Shown piece after piece: positions 26,313 to 36,533 of a stretch of 45,199 bases of DNA. The stretch is from Trichomonas gallinae (lineage: Eukaryota). The stretch's first letter is position 1; every line of letters begins with the position of its first letter. The position numbers and the translations under genes are program-made. The DNA lies in NCBI GenBank assembly GCA_008369845.1, contig MRSU01001666.1, positions 1 through 45,199 on the forward strand, written 5' to 3'. The notes under the pieces are model-generated. The model had not been told where the DNA came from, made no database searches, and saw nothing but the letters and a program-made list of their open reading frames with translations.

Positions 26313-28715
26313 ATGTTATCTGCTGTATTATGTTTGCGCTCTTCCTACACACTTGAGAAGAACTGGAAGTTCATCAAGGGCGAGCAGGAGGGTGCTTACC
26401 AGGAGAAGTACGATGATTCCAAATGGGAAACAGTCCGTGTCCCACACGATTGGGCTATCTATGGTCCATTCGACGAGAAAAATAACGAAAGAGTAACAAT
26501 TAGACAGACAGACGATGCCACAGGCAAGACAACACTTGGCTCTGGTGTCGAGGGTGGCTTGCCATGGATTGGTATCGGCTGGTACCGTACAACATTCAAG
26601 GCAACATACGGAAAGATGACAACACTTATTTTCGATGGTGCTATGTCTGACGCTAGAGTTTGGGTCAACGGATATGAAGTTGGCTACTGGCCATACGGTT
26701 ATAACTCATTCCACTTCGATGTTTCTAAGTACGTCCATGCTGATGGTTCCGACAACGTTCTCGCTGTCCGCCTCCAGAACCTTCCAGAATCAACAAGATG
26801 GTACCCAGGTGCTGGTATCTACAGAAACGTCCACGTTTTGACAACAGAGTCAATCTGCGTTCCAGTTTGGGGCACACAGATCACAACACCAATCGTTGAG
26901 AAGGAATACGCCAGTGTTAAGATCCTCACAAAGCTTCTCAACGCTGACGGCAAGCACATCAGAATGTACACAAGGATCTACAACAATGCTGGTCAGGAAG
27001 TTGCTTCTCTCGACACAAATCGCCTGAAGATGCCAGATACACCATACGAGCAGAACTTCTTACTCGAGAACCCAGAACTCTGGTCCCCAGAGACACCAAA
27101 TGTTTACAAGGCTTTCAGCCAGATCTTTGTTGATGGCCAACAGGTTGATGAATACAACTCAACATTCGGTGTTCGCAAGATCGAGTACATCCCATTGAAG
27201 GGCTTCTTCCTCAACGGTGTCAACCGCAAGTTCAAGGGTGTCTGCAACCACCACGATCTAGGTCCACTTGGTGCTGCCGTCCACGAAAAGGGCCTAATCC
27301 ACCAGCTCAACATGCTCAAGGACATGGGCTGCGACTCCATCAGAACATCCCACAACATGCCAACACCAGAGCTCGTTAGACTCTGCGATGAAATGGGCTT
27401 CATGATGATGATCGAGTCATTCGATGAATGGGATCAGCCAAAGGTCAAGAATGGTTACCACCGTATCTTCGACGAATGGGCTGAGAAGGATCTCGTCAAC
27501 TCAATCCACCACTTCAGAAACCACCCATCTGTTATCATGTGGTCTATCGGTAACGAAATCCCAACACAGTGCGCTGTCTATGGCTACAAGGTCCTCAAGT
27601 TCCTTCAGGACATCTGCCACAGAGAAGATCCAACAAGACTCGTCACACTCGGTATCAACGGCATCCCATGCGCTCTTGATAACTACTTCGCCTCATACAT
27701 CGACATCATCGGCGTTAACTACCACTGGAACTGGTACGACGACATCCAGAAGAGACTCCCACAGAAGTTCGTTTTAGGCTCAGAGACAACATCCACAGTT
27801 TCCGCTCGTGGTGTCTACAAGTACCCAGTCAAGTGGGGCGCTATGATCAAGTATGACGACAAGCAGTCTTCTTCTTATGACCTTGAAATCTGCACATGGT
27901 CCAATGTTCCAGATGAGGACTTCATCCTTATGGAAGACAGGAACTTCACAATCGGCCACTTCGTTTGGACAGGCTTCGACTACCTCGGCGAGCCAACACC
28001 CTACTACGAGCACGACTGGCCATCCCATTCCTCATACTTCGGCATCATCGATCTTGCCTCAATTCCAAAGGACAGATACTACCTCTACAGGTCCCAGTGG
28101 AGACAGGAAGTCGAGACACTCCACGTCCTTCCACACTGGACATGGCCGGATCGCGTTGGTCAAGTCACACCAATCTACGTCTACACAAACTACCCATCTG
28201 CTGAAGTCTTCATCAACGGCGTCTCCCAGGGTGTCGTCAAGAAGTCTAAGGATGGTGATCACTGCGATAGATACAGATTAAGATGGCCAAACGTTGTCTA
28301 CCAGCCAGGTGAAGTCAAGGTCGTCGCTTACGACTATGATGGCAACGTCAAGATGACAAAGATCGTCAAGACAGCTGGTGAACCACATCACATCGAGCTC
28401 CACACACCATACAAGGAGATCAAGGCTGACGAGAAGGATCTCTCCTACGTCTATGCCTCTATCGTCGATAAGGATGGCAACCTCTGCCCAACAGCTAACA
28501 ACTACCTCCAGTTCAAGGTTACTGGTGCTGGCAACTTCAAGGCTGTTGCTAATGGTGACTCCACATGCACAGAACTCTTCCACCGTCCACAAATGCACGC
28601 TTTCAACGGCATGCTCACTGTCCTCGTCCAGTCTACAGATAAGCCAGGTGACATCACACTCGAAGTCTATGGCGAAGGACTCGAGGCTGGCCAAATCACA
28701 ATCAAGTCCGTATAA
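26313..28715 (+). CDS. Glycoside hydrolase family 2 beta-galactosidase, bacterial type
   Basis: WETVRVPHDWAI, GIGWYR, FDGAMS, PYGYNSFHFD, SRWY-like TRWYPGAGIYRNV, KGVCNHHDLGPLG, IRTSHNMP, acid/base motif WSIGNE, nucleophile region VLGSET, FVWTGFDYLGEP and C-terminal Ig-like domains. Confidence 0.95.
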   Translation: MLSAVLCLRSSYTLEKNWKFIKGEQEGAYQEKYDDSKWETVRVPHDWAIYGPFDEKNNERVTIRQTDDATGKTTLGSGVEGGLPWIGIGWYRTTFKATYGKMTTLIFDGAMSDARVWVNGYEVGYWPYGYNSFHFDVSKYVHADGSDNVLAVRLQNLPESTRWYPGAGIYRNVHVLTTESICVPVWGTQITTPIVEKEYASVKILTKLLNADGKHIRMYTRIYNNAGQEVASLDTNRLKMPDTPYEQNFLLENPELWSPETPNVYKAFSQIFVDGQQVDEYNSTFGVRKIEYIPLKGFFLNGVNRKFKGVCNHHDLGPLGAAVHEKGLIHQLNMLKDMGCDSIRTSHNMPTPELVRLCDEMGFMMMIESFDEWDQPKVKNGYHRIFDEWAEKDLVNSIHHFRNHPSVIMWSIGNEIPTQCAVYGYKVLKFLQDICHREDPTRLVTLGINGIPCALDNYFASYIDIIGVNYHWNWYDDIQKRLPQKFVLGSETTSTVSARGVYKYPVKWGAMIKYDDKQSSSYDLEICTWSNVPDEDFILMEDRNFTIGHFVWTGFDYLGEPTPYYEHDWPSHSSYFGIIDLASIPKDRYYLYRSQWRQEVETLHVLPHWTWPDRVGQVTPIYVYTNYPSAEVFINGVSQGVVKKSKDGDHCDRYRLRWPNVVYQPGEVKVVAYDYDGNVKMTKIVKTAGEPHHIELHTPYKEIKADEKDLSYVYASIVDKDGNLCPTANNYLQFKVTGAGNFKAVANGDSTCTELFHRPQMHAFNGMLTVLVQSTDKPGDITLEVYGEGLEAGQITIKSV

Positions 28716-29447
28716 GGACAATAGTAAAATCATACCTTTACTTTATACTATAAAATAAGTTTTTATAATGCTCAAAAGGATGTTATCTTCTTGATTTTTT
28801 TTTATTTGTAATTAAATGCGTGGAAAAGAGTCATTTATCTTACAAATATTTGGTTATTGAAGTGATGGTTAAAGGAGTATGTATGTTGGGATGATTATTA
28901 CTCTAAAATGAAGAGAATAGTTAATCAAATTAAGTAAAATTCATAGTTATGATTGGTAAATTAAGTTTGAATGGTCTGTAATATATATATAACCGATATT
29001 TTTTGCATAGTTTTGGTGAAATAGTGCTTTTGTATGCAAATTGTTGATGATCAATTGGAGAAAGTACTGATTTTACATCTGTGAAAGGATGGGACATCAT
29101 GTACTAACAGTTACATGTGATAATCTATGACTATAATCTAAGCTCGAATTTTAGAAAACCAAAAATGACTATAGAACATTTGTATAAAATTGTTTTCATT
29201 TTTTGAAAAAATTGATTTTTCACGATAAAAATCATGGCTAAATCCAAAAACCTAATAATAAAAGAAGCATGATTTTATGTTAGAAATCAAGTCATTACAA
29301 TAAAGTTTAGGAAATACAAAATATCAAATTTTTTCTTATATAAAATATGTATTTTTTTATAGAGATTCGTTGCATTTTGCACTTGTATGATGCTAACACA
29401 TCATTTGCTAACTGTTAGAAGGATCTATATCAAAATCAAAAAATTTT

Positions 29448-29769
29448 GATATGTAGTGATTCTAAACTTATTTCTTCGTTTAAAAGAAGGAGAATAGGAG
29501 CTGCTTGATGATATGTCTAATAAAATTTCTCTTTTCTCAGTTTGATAAACGAGAAATAATTTTTGAATGATGATATGAAGTAATTCTAATCTTATTTCTT
29601 TGTAGCATCAAGAGATAATACTTAGTCGATGCGAGATCATAGGATATTTTCGGATATATTTTATTTTTTGAAATTGAAGGTTTTTCTTGTTTAAAAGAAG
29701 GAGAACAGGAGCTGTTTGGTAGTGATTTGATCAAAATCACTGTCCTTAAGCTTGATAAACAAGAAATAA
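29448..29769 (+). repeat. Imperfect nested direct repeats, possibly a decayed coding repeat
   Basis: GTTTAAAAGAAGGAGAA(T/C)AGGAGCTG(C/T)TTG at 29478 and 29689; TTGATAAAC(G/A)AGAAATAA at 29542 and 29752; a further ~32-nt near-repeat at 29448 and 29572. Confidence 0.75.
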
Positions 29770-29819
29770 AGAGAAAACAAAAAAATTATAAAAAAACGAG
29801 CCAAAAGTGACAAAATTTT

Positions 29820-30593
29820 ATGAATAAAGATGAAAAACGAACAAGGTCGAGTTTGAAGTCAACGAATTGGTTATACAACGGAAAGAAGCAGCCAGAGGGA
29901 AAAAAGCTCAAAGAAACGTCTGCTTATTCAAATGTGACGTTTACTGACGAAGAAATGGATATTTTATCGAAATACATGGAAAAATCTGGCGAAAAGCCTA
30001 AAGACAATGAACACGGCATACATAGCATATCAACGAAGGTTCAAATCAAACTTAACGAAAAAAGAATTCAAAAAAATCAATTGCAATCGAAACTCGATCT
30101 AAACGATACAGGATATAAAACTCTTGAGGCTAGAGATATTGACGACTATGTAATAAGCCCAAGAAACGAATTAGATTATGATGCAAATGATTTCTTCGAA
30201 TATGGGCAAAGAAAAGCTATCGACAAAACGACAAAGACAGGCACAGATGATGAGAGCTTGTCGCTTCAGTCTTCTGCACAAATAATGAAAGAACAAGCTT
30301 GGGCGCATATTCATGAGCAAAATAATGAATTAAATCCAAGTAACACATCGAATTTCCGGTCAACATACTTGAAAGGATCAGGAACATCGGCTCCACAACG
30401 CAAAATTTCAGTTGGAAGAAAACGAATTTTAAATATTATAGCACAAACAGCTGACAATAAAGATAAAGGCACCAAGTTCTCTGATAAGCCTGATGAAGCA
30501 CTTAAAAATAGTTATACAGCTCAGCAATTTAGAAATTACTTAATTCAAAAGAATCTTGAGGTTCCAGCAGTACTTGATAACTTAGGATACTAA
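29820..30593 (+). CDS. Hypothetical hydrophilic protein (257 aa)
   Basis: Intact ORF with AAAAGTGACAAAATTT immediately upstream of the ATG; no domain recognised. Confidence 0.8.
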   Translation: MNKDEKRTRSSLKSTNWLYNGKKQPEGKKLKETSAYSNVTFTDEEMDILSKYMEKSGEKPKDNEHGIHSISTKVQIKLNEKRIQKNQLQSKLDLNDTGYKTLEARDIDDYVISPRNELDYDANDFFEYGQRKAIDKTTKTGTDDESLSLQSSAQIMKEQAWAHIHEQNNELNPSNTSNFRSTYLKGSGTSAPQRKISVGRKRILNIIAQTADNKDKGTKFSDKPDEALKNSYTAQQFRNYLIQKNLEVPAVLDNLGY

Positions 30594-31235
30594 CTTAACC
30601 AATACTTCTCTTCTTTTCACATAATTGTTTGTATTTTTAAATATTTATGCTTTATTATTTGAAAATATTTTCTCAATGCTTATTGAAACTCGGATATTTC
30701 TCCAACTTCAACACAAGCATCCAAGTATTGGAGCCATTTCTATATTTTTCTCATTTTTTGCAACAAAATTGTTGTAATTATTCATTACATTCGCTCCCTC
30801 ATACATAAATTGATTTGAATCAACATAATATGTTGAACATATTAACTTGTTTCTAACTTCTAATTATCACACATAAATTGATTTGAAAATTTGGATTTCG
30901 TAAGGATAACTTGTAACAATGAAGACATGAATCATGTTATTAAATTCTTAATATCAATATACACAAGTTAAGTTTAGGTTTACCTTTGAATCATCAAACA
31001 AAAAAGATAAATGTATCATTTTCTCAGAATATTATGTGTTAACATCCAAAAAAGATATGTAATGACTCAACTATAGATTTCCACAAGCAAATTATTTATG
31101 ATACTGATTGTTTTGTTCTCAGATAAAATTGAATTTTTTTTTCTCGAGAAATGAGGATATCATGATGAGAAAACATAGTAGTTGTGGGTATTAAAAACAC
31201 TTTTAAACTATTTGAAGAAAAAAATATGAAATTAA

Positions 31236-32093
31236 TTATTTTGATGGTTGCTGTGGCTGTTGTTGTTCTGGTGTAGCAGGTTGTTGTGGTTCTTGTTGTT
31301 CAGGCGGCTGTTCCTTGCCAAGAATTGCATTAAGTTTCTGTTTAAGCTCTTCATAGACTTCCTCTGGTGGGCGATTTCCATCTATAACAACAGCCTTTCC
31401 TTTCTCTTTGTAATACTCAAGGACAGGCTCAGAAGCTGTGTGGAATGTCTGGAGACGTAATTTAATGGTTTCATCGTTGTCGTCTTCTCTTCCTGAAGTT
31501 TCTGCGCGTTTAAGAAGTCTTTCGACCAGAATTTCATCAGGAACATCAAGATAAATAGCTGCAGCGCATGGGCAGATCATTTCTTCGAACGTATGAAGCT
31601 GATCCATGGCTCTTGGGAATCCATCGATCAGATAAACATCTTTATTTTGCGCGAGAATCTCTTTTTTGAGTAATCCAATAACCAACTCTTGAGAAAGAAG
31701 CTTTCCTTCCTTCATTGTCTCAGCAATTTGGCGTCCTAAATCTGTATCTTGTGCTGCTTCCTTTCTGAGCAAATCGCCTGAACTCATGTAACCAGCATTA
31801 AAGTCTTCGATGATTTTTTCTGATTGTGTGCCTTTTCCTGAGCCCGGTCCGCCAATCAAAAATAAAATTGTCTTATCTGTAAATTCTTCTTGGTTCTTTT
31901 GACGCTCTGCTTGAGCTGCTTGAAGTTCTTTGTAATATTCTGGAATTCCGATTGATACAGGAATTTCCTCCTTTTTCGTGTACTCTTCTCCAGGTCTCAC
32001 TCTACGAAGAACTATAACTTTCTGTTTCTGCGGAACTTTTGGCCCTCTTTCGACGACTGCTTCCTTCTTTCGAACAATCTCAATGTGACGCAT
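31236..32093 (-). CDS. Adenylate kinase / UMP-CMP kinase family, short-LID type, with N-terminal extension and Q/P-rich tail
   Basis: P-loop GGPGSGKGTQ, SSGDLLR, YLIDGFPR, short LID RAETSGREDD. Start placed at MRHIEIV (32093), 25 nt downstream of TCACTT (32123-32118). Confidence 0.92.
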   Translation of the reverse strand: MRHIEIVRKKEAVVERGPKVPQKQKVIVLRRVRPGEEYTKKEEIPVSIGIPEYYKELQAAQAERQKNQEEFTDKTILFLIGGPGSGKGTQSEKIIEDFNAGYMSSGDLLRKEAAQDTDLGRQIAETMKEGKLLSQELVIGLLKKEILAQNKDVYLIDGFPRAMDQLHTFEEMICPCAAAIYLDVPDEILVERLLKRAETSGREDDNDETIKLRLQTFHTASEPVLEYYKEKGKAVVIDGNRPPEEVYEELKQKLNAILGKEQPPEQQEPQQPATPEQQQPQQPSK

Positions 32094-32555
32094 ATAAAAA
32101 TAACGAATTTTGAAAAAAAGTGAGAATCTGTCACGTAAAATGTCAAAATCATAAATTTCTGACACATTAATAAAAATGTCTCCACAATCATTTTCAGCCT
32201 TCGTTATTGATATTATCATATAATTTAGTTGTTTTGTCATATAGTTATAGAACTGACTTGCTAATTAATTAATAATATTCCAAAATTATAATATATTTCC
32301 TAAAAGATGTCTTTTAATATAGAAAATTTGAAAGCAAAAGGCATATATATTATACTGTAAATCAGCGCAGATCTACCAGCATAATTTAATATTTTTCTTT
32401 TGCTAAAATCGAATTTAATTCGATATGATGTTAGTGTATGAGTATTAAGGCTTGAATATCATAATTTTTATAGTTCAATTTCTGTTGTAATTAGGATAAT
32501 TTCATTTGATAAAAAAAATATTCAAAAGTTTTGGTTAATATATATGTTTAACAAT

Positions 32556-33929
32556 TCATAAACCGTTCAAATCACTTTCAACCGCCTTTTTCGCTTTCGC
32601 GACTTCTTCTTCAAATCCAGTCAAAACAGAAGGAGCTTCTTGAAGCAAGAGCCTGAACATATCGCAATGAAAGTGGTCTTTCGAGCGTATCGCAAGAGAA
32701 AGAATCGACTCTATTGTATATTGTCTGGCCCAACCTTCTGGGAAGATGGAAATTGTCTCCATAACCAGCTTTCTGACAGCATAGCAATGATCGAGAACCA
32801 TAGCAATTGCAAATCCTGCATAATCAGGAAGCATTTCATCTGAACTTTTGTTTTTGACCATTTCTTTGAAGATCTGGCACGCGATATATCTTGGCCTCCA
32901 GCTGCCCTTTTCTCCCATCCTTGGGAAAACTATGTGGAATAAAACATTTTGTTCTTCAAGAGATGCGATGCCTTTAATTATGTCATCGTTGACTAATTTC
33001 TGGGATTCCTTGAGCAACAATGAAAGTAGGTCGTAAGGAATTGGATCTAACTTCTTAATAACTTGAATATCAATATCTGAAAGTTCTGCGCCTGCGCAGC
33101 CGTTCTTAACAAGGTCAGGAATCAACTCTCCAAGATATGGAGACTTGAGGGCTACACTTATAGCCTTTGAGCCTAAATCTGGATGAGAAATCAACGGCTT
33201 TAGGATATTAAGCGAAATAATTTCAGGAGGGAACTGTAAAACATGCTCGAGAACTCTGATATTCTTTTCCTGGCAAATATTTGTCTCCATAAATTCGTCT
33301 TTCAGATCAAATTTGAAAAAGCTTATAGCATCGACTGCTGAAATTCTAACCTGGTCCTGTGGGTTAATTAAAGCTGTAACGAGGTGTTTCTGGGCATCGC
33401 TTGGGCTCATAAAGGCTAGAAACTCTGCAGCAAATTGAATTCGGTCTGGTGTGTTAAATTCTGGGTATAATAGTGCATCCACGTCTTCAATGCGTGGCTC
33501 TATCTTTGTCATTGAGCATAAACGCCAAATTGCGAACTTTGAAAGGTATTTTTGTCCTAAAAGTGGTTTTATGTGTTCTTCTATTTCGATTTTATATGAT
33601 TTATACGAATTTAATGTTGATTCTGCAAAGCTGATGTAATTTAATCTAAGAACGTTGTTGCATCCACTTATTACGTGGCTGCCGACCTTATATATAAATC
33701 TCATGTTGAAGGGAATGTTGTCCTTCAAAAGCATCGTTGGTACGAGCTGGACAAATTTGGTGATTAGCTTGTCATTACGGACGATTGAGTTCATAATTAG
33801 CTCCAACTCCCTAAAGAAATCGTCAGGAAGAAGACACTCAGCGACAAGTGGAAGGTTCTCGAAGTATACTAGTTTTGCTACAGTGTTTTCGTAAGGAATT
33901 GACGTATACCCAGTTATCTCGTTCATCAT
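32556..33929 (-). CDS. HEAT/ARM-repeat protein, divergent PP2A scaffold (A subunit)-like
   Basis: Helical, Leu-rich; HEAT-like NPQDQVRISAVDA, SWRPRYIA and MVLDHCYAVRKL (compare PP2A-A WRVR...LVDHVYAIRE). CCTTT motif about 12 nt upstream of the ATG. Confidence 0.65.
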   Translation of the reverse strand: MMNEITGYTSIPYENTVAKLVYFENLPLVAECLLPDDFFRELELIMNSIVRNDKLITKFVQLVPTMLLKDNIPFNMRFIYKVGSHVISGCNNVLRLNYISFAESTLNSYKSYKIEIEEHIKPLLGQKYLSKFAIWRLCSMTKIEPRIEDVDALLYPEFNTPDRIQFAAEFLAFMSPSDAQKHLVTALINPQDQVRISAVDAISFFKFDLKDEFMETNICQEKNIRVLEHVLQFPPEIISLNILKPLISHPDLGSKAISVALKSPYLGELIPDLVKNGCAGAELSDIDIQVIKKLDPIPYDLLSLLLKESQKLVNDDIIKGIASLEEQNVLFHIVFPRMGEKGSWRPRYIACQIFKEMVKNKSSDEMLPDYAGFAIAMVLDHCYAVRKLVMETISIFPEGWARQYTIESILSLAIRSKDHFHCDMFRLLLQEAPSVLTGFEEEVAKAKKAVESDLNGL

Positions 33930-34547
33930 TTTTTATACAAAAGGGGCTGCATCTGAACCCCCTACTTTTTAATTTTTTTATGGTGTCGGACCCTATTTTT
34001 AATAATTACAATTATTTTACATGGCAAATTTTATTTCTTATCTTTCTATGTTGCTAAGCGACAAAGGCTTTCTTTTCTAAGCTAAAAAGGAAATTATGAC
34101 TTGGCAACAGCAAAATATGACTTCCTTTCCAGTTAAGAAAACATTTTCAAAATTAATTTTCAACGAGAAAGCTTTCTTTGTATTCAAGTGCTTTTGTTTA
34201 GCAGCTAAAATATGTACTTGAGCATAAAGAGATCTTTCTTGTTGAACTCGAATCACAATCAAATTTGGAACAATCGCTCTATACCTCAATATCCATATTA
34301 AATGATGCAAATTCAAAATACACTACCAATTAATATTGTTTGAACTCTTAAATTCCGTGATAACTTTGATTTATAGAATATTTTTTTCCTAATTTTTAAG
34401 TTAGGCATATTCTGATTTAGAAAATACATACTATAAACTCCATATCAATATTCTACATACTGCATAAATATATTCGAAATATTTGCATAAAAAATATGTG
34501 CAGTCAAGTGAATTGACATGCAGTATATAAGTAATAACAGTGAGTGT

Positions 34548-35582
34548 TTATAAGATAGATTTGATGGCCTTAATCTTCGTTCTGTCTGCTGCAACTTCCC
34601 CTTCGAAGTCTTTCGATGTTTTATCGGCTCCGTTCTTAAGGAGGAACTGGATCATTTCGTAGCATCCGGATGTAGCTGCCTCCATAAGAGCTGTGTTTCC
34701 GTTTGTTGTTTTATCATTGATTCCGTTGTGCTTGATCAAGTACTTAACGAGATGGTTATGCCTTGCAGAAGCAGCAACCATGAGTGGTGTTGTATTGAAG
34801 CGGTCGAAAGGCTTGAGGTTGTAGCCAATAGAAAGCAAGTAGCATAAGAATTGTGTATTGAATGAAAGAATGGCCTTCTTGATTGTAATTGTGTTCTCAA
34901 GATCATAGTGCTTGAGAAGTGTGGCAAGGAACTCATTGCGGTGGTGCTCGACAGCGATTTCCTGGCAGAATTCGAATGATAATCCTTTCTTTCTGACTAA
35001 CTCAATGATTTCATTGTTACCACCAATGATAGCAGCCTCAACAGTGTTCCTTGTGACCTGCATTGGGCGAGCAAGAAGATAATAAAAGGTCTTTGGCTTT
35101 GCAGCGTAAGCAGCGAGGTCCAAAAGGTTGTAGTCGATACCGTTGATCTCAACGGTGCCGTCTAATGCGCCTTGTTTCTTTGAGAGTTTCTTCAATGTAT
35201 CAACATCTTCGTTGAAAACAGCAGCTTGTGGAGAATCCTTTGGATAGAGTTCCTCGTATTCCTTGGCTGTAGCGTTCCATGAGAAGATTTCTTGATCATG
35301 TAAGCCACGGCGTCTGCAGTAGTCGGCGAATCTTGTAGTTGGATAGCAAGCAAGCTTCCAGCCTAACTTCTCCCACAAATCACCGTAAAGCTTGAAATTG
35401 ACCTTGTTGACCTCAGCTGCGGCTGTGATGCAGTTAAAAATGAACTCGTGATCTTCTTCACTTTTTGCGGATAGGAAGTTAGCAGCATCTTGGAGCTTCT
35501 CAGGTGTGACATTGTAAATGCAGTCTTCAATAGCGACTGTTTCCTTGAGCTCCTCTGGGACGCAACTCAGATCGAAAGTCAT
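34548..35582 (-). CDS. Ankyrin-repeat protein with DUF3447-like region
   Basis: C-terminal ankyrin repeats NTTPLMVAA and GNTALMEAATSGCYEMIQFLLKNGAD, preceded by AAIIGGNNEIIEL...IAVEHHRNE, typical of the expanded trichomonad ankyrin family. Confidence 0.88.
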   Translation of the reverse strand: MTFDLSCVPEELKETVAIEDCIYNVTPEKLQDAANFLSAKSEEDHEFIFNCITAAAEVNKVNFKLYGDLWEKLGWKLACYPTTRFADYCRRRGLHDQEIFSWNATAKEYEELYPKDSPQAAVFNEDVDTLKKLSKKQGALDGTVEINGIDYNLLDLAAYAAKPKTFYYLLARPMQVTRNTVEAAIIGGNNEIIELVRKKGLSFEFCQEIAVEHHRNEFLATLLKHYDLENTITIKKAILSFNTQFLCYLLSIGYNLKPFDRFNTTPLMVAASARHNHLVKYLIKHNGINDKTTNGNTALMEAATSGCYEMIQFLLKNGADKTSKDFEGEVAADRTKIKAIKSIL

Positions 35583-35825
35583 TTTTGTATAAGTGGTCGG
35601 ACAGTCTTCAATCTAAATTTTTGTCTCGTAAAGTTTATCGTTGTTTTACATGTCAAATATTTTGAAAATGATGAAAGAAACATTATAATATGAAATCTCA
35701 TTCTAAGTGAAAAATATGATGAAATCAAATAAATTCGTGAAGTATACAATGTTTACATTAGAATTATAACTGATGTAACGTCATATGACCGTCAAGTTGC
35801 TGAATTAACTTCGGACTTGAGCATG

Positions 35826-36533
35826 TCAAATATCGATTGATTTTTCGCTAAATTAGTTTTGAAGTTTCCAATGCTGAGAAATCTTTCTGACTTGCCATTA
35901 TACAGAAGGAAGACACAAGAATCAATGCATGACATAGATATTAGTCTATTATAGACATAGTTTTAAAACTCGTCACTATTCAAAAGAAATGAATTCTCAT
36001 GTTTTCATCATTGATTGGAAAGCATGAAGAAAACAGAATCTACCAAGCTATTAAAAGAAATCATTGATACATGTGCTGTAAATCTTGAAAGCATAGAAAA
36101 GAACGCCAAAACAATGTCAGTGTTGATAATTTCTTTCGTTTTATTTGCTGCAATTGATCATTATTTTTTTTGATTCTCGATGTTTTGCTTATGCTAGAGC
36201 ACTGAATTTTCCTGCTCAGTGATAAGAGAATGATAGTGATTTTGTCAATACTGTCGGATATAATGCAAAGCATTGACATGATCTATTAATTTTTTCAAAA
36301 GTTAGACATCTTTTGTAGTTTTAATTAGCAAATCCTTTCTTTCCATTTTTATAACTTTTTGGCCGATCAACTTTGATATGAACGTTGCAAATGACAAGAG
36401 AATGTTTTGAAAAATTCTCAATTCCAGTCGAATCAAATGTTTGTCGTCGAAAATATTTGTATAAACAGGCGAATCAATAAGTGGTATTAATAAAATCGGG
36501 AACTGAGGGATCCGAAAATTGGAAACTCTCTAA
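35826..36533 (-). pseudogene. Probable decayed protein-coding relic
   Basis: One minus-strand frame from 36346 reads MERKDLLIKTTKDV*LLKKLIDHVNALHYIRQY*...SIAANKTKEIINTDIVLAFFSMLSRFTAHVSMISFNSLVDSVFFMLSNQ**...NYVYNRLISMSCIDSCVFLLYNGKSEKISQHWKLQN*. A second protein-like frame lies upstream (LESFQFSDPSVPDFINTTY*...). Confidence 0.35.

Noticed and set aside
26459..28758. Numerous overlapping alternative-frame and antisense ORFs within the GH2 gene (likewise within CHD and IFT139)
   Set aside because: Expected shadows of strong codon bias; the translations are S/T-rich nonsense without motifs.
29386..29418. Intron-like GTATGA...CTAAC...TAG
   Set aside because: Lies outside any supported CDS and does not match the fused branch/3' consensus ACTAACACACAG of trichomonad introns.
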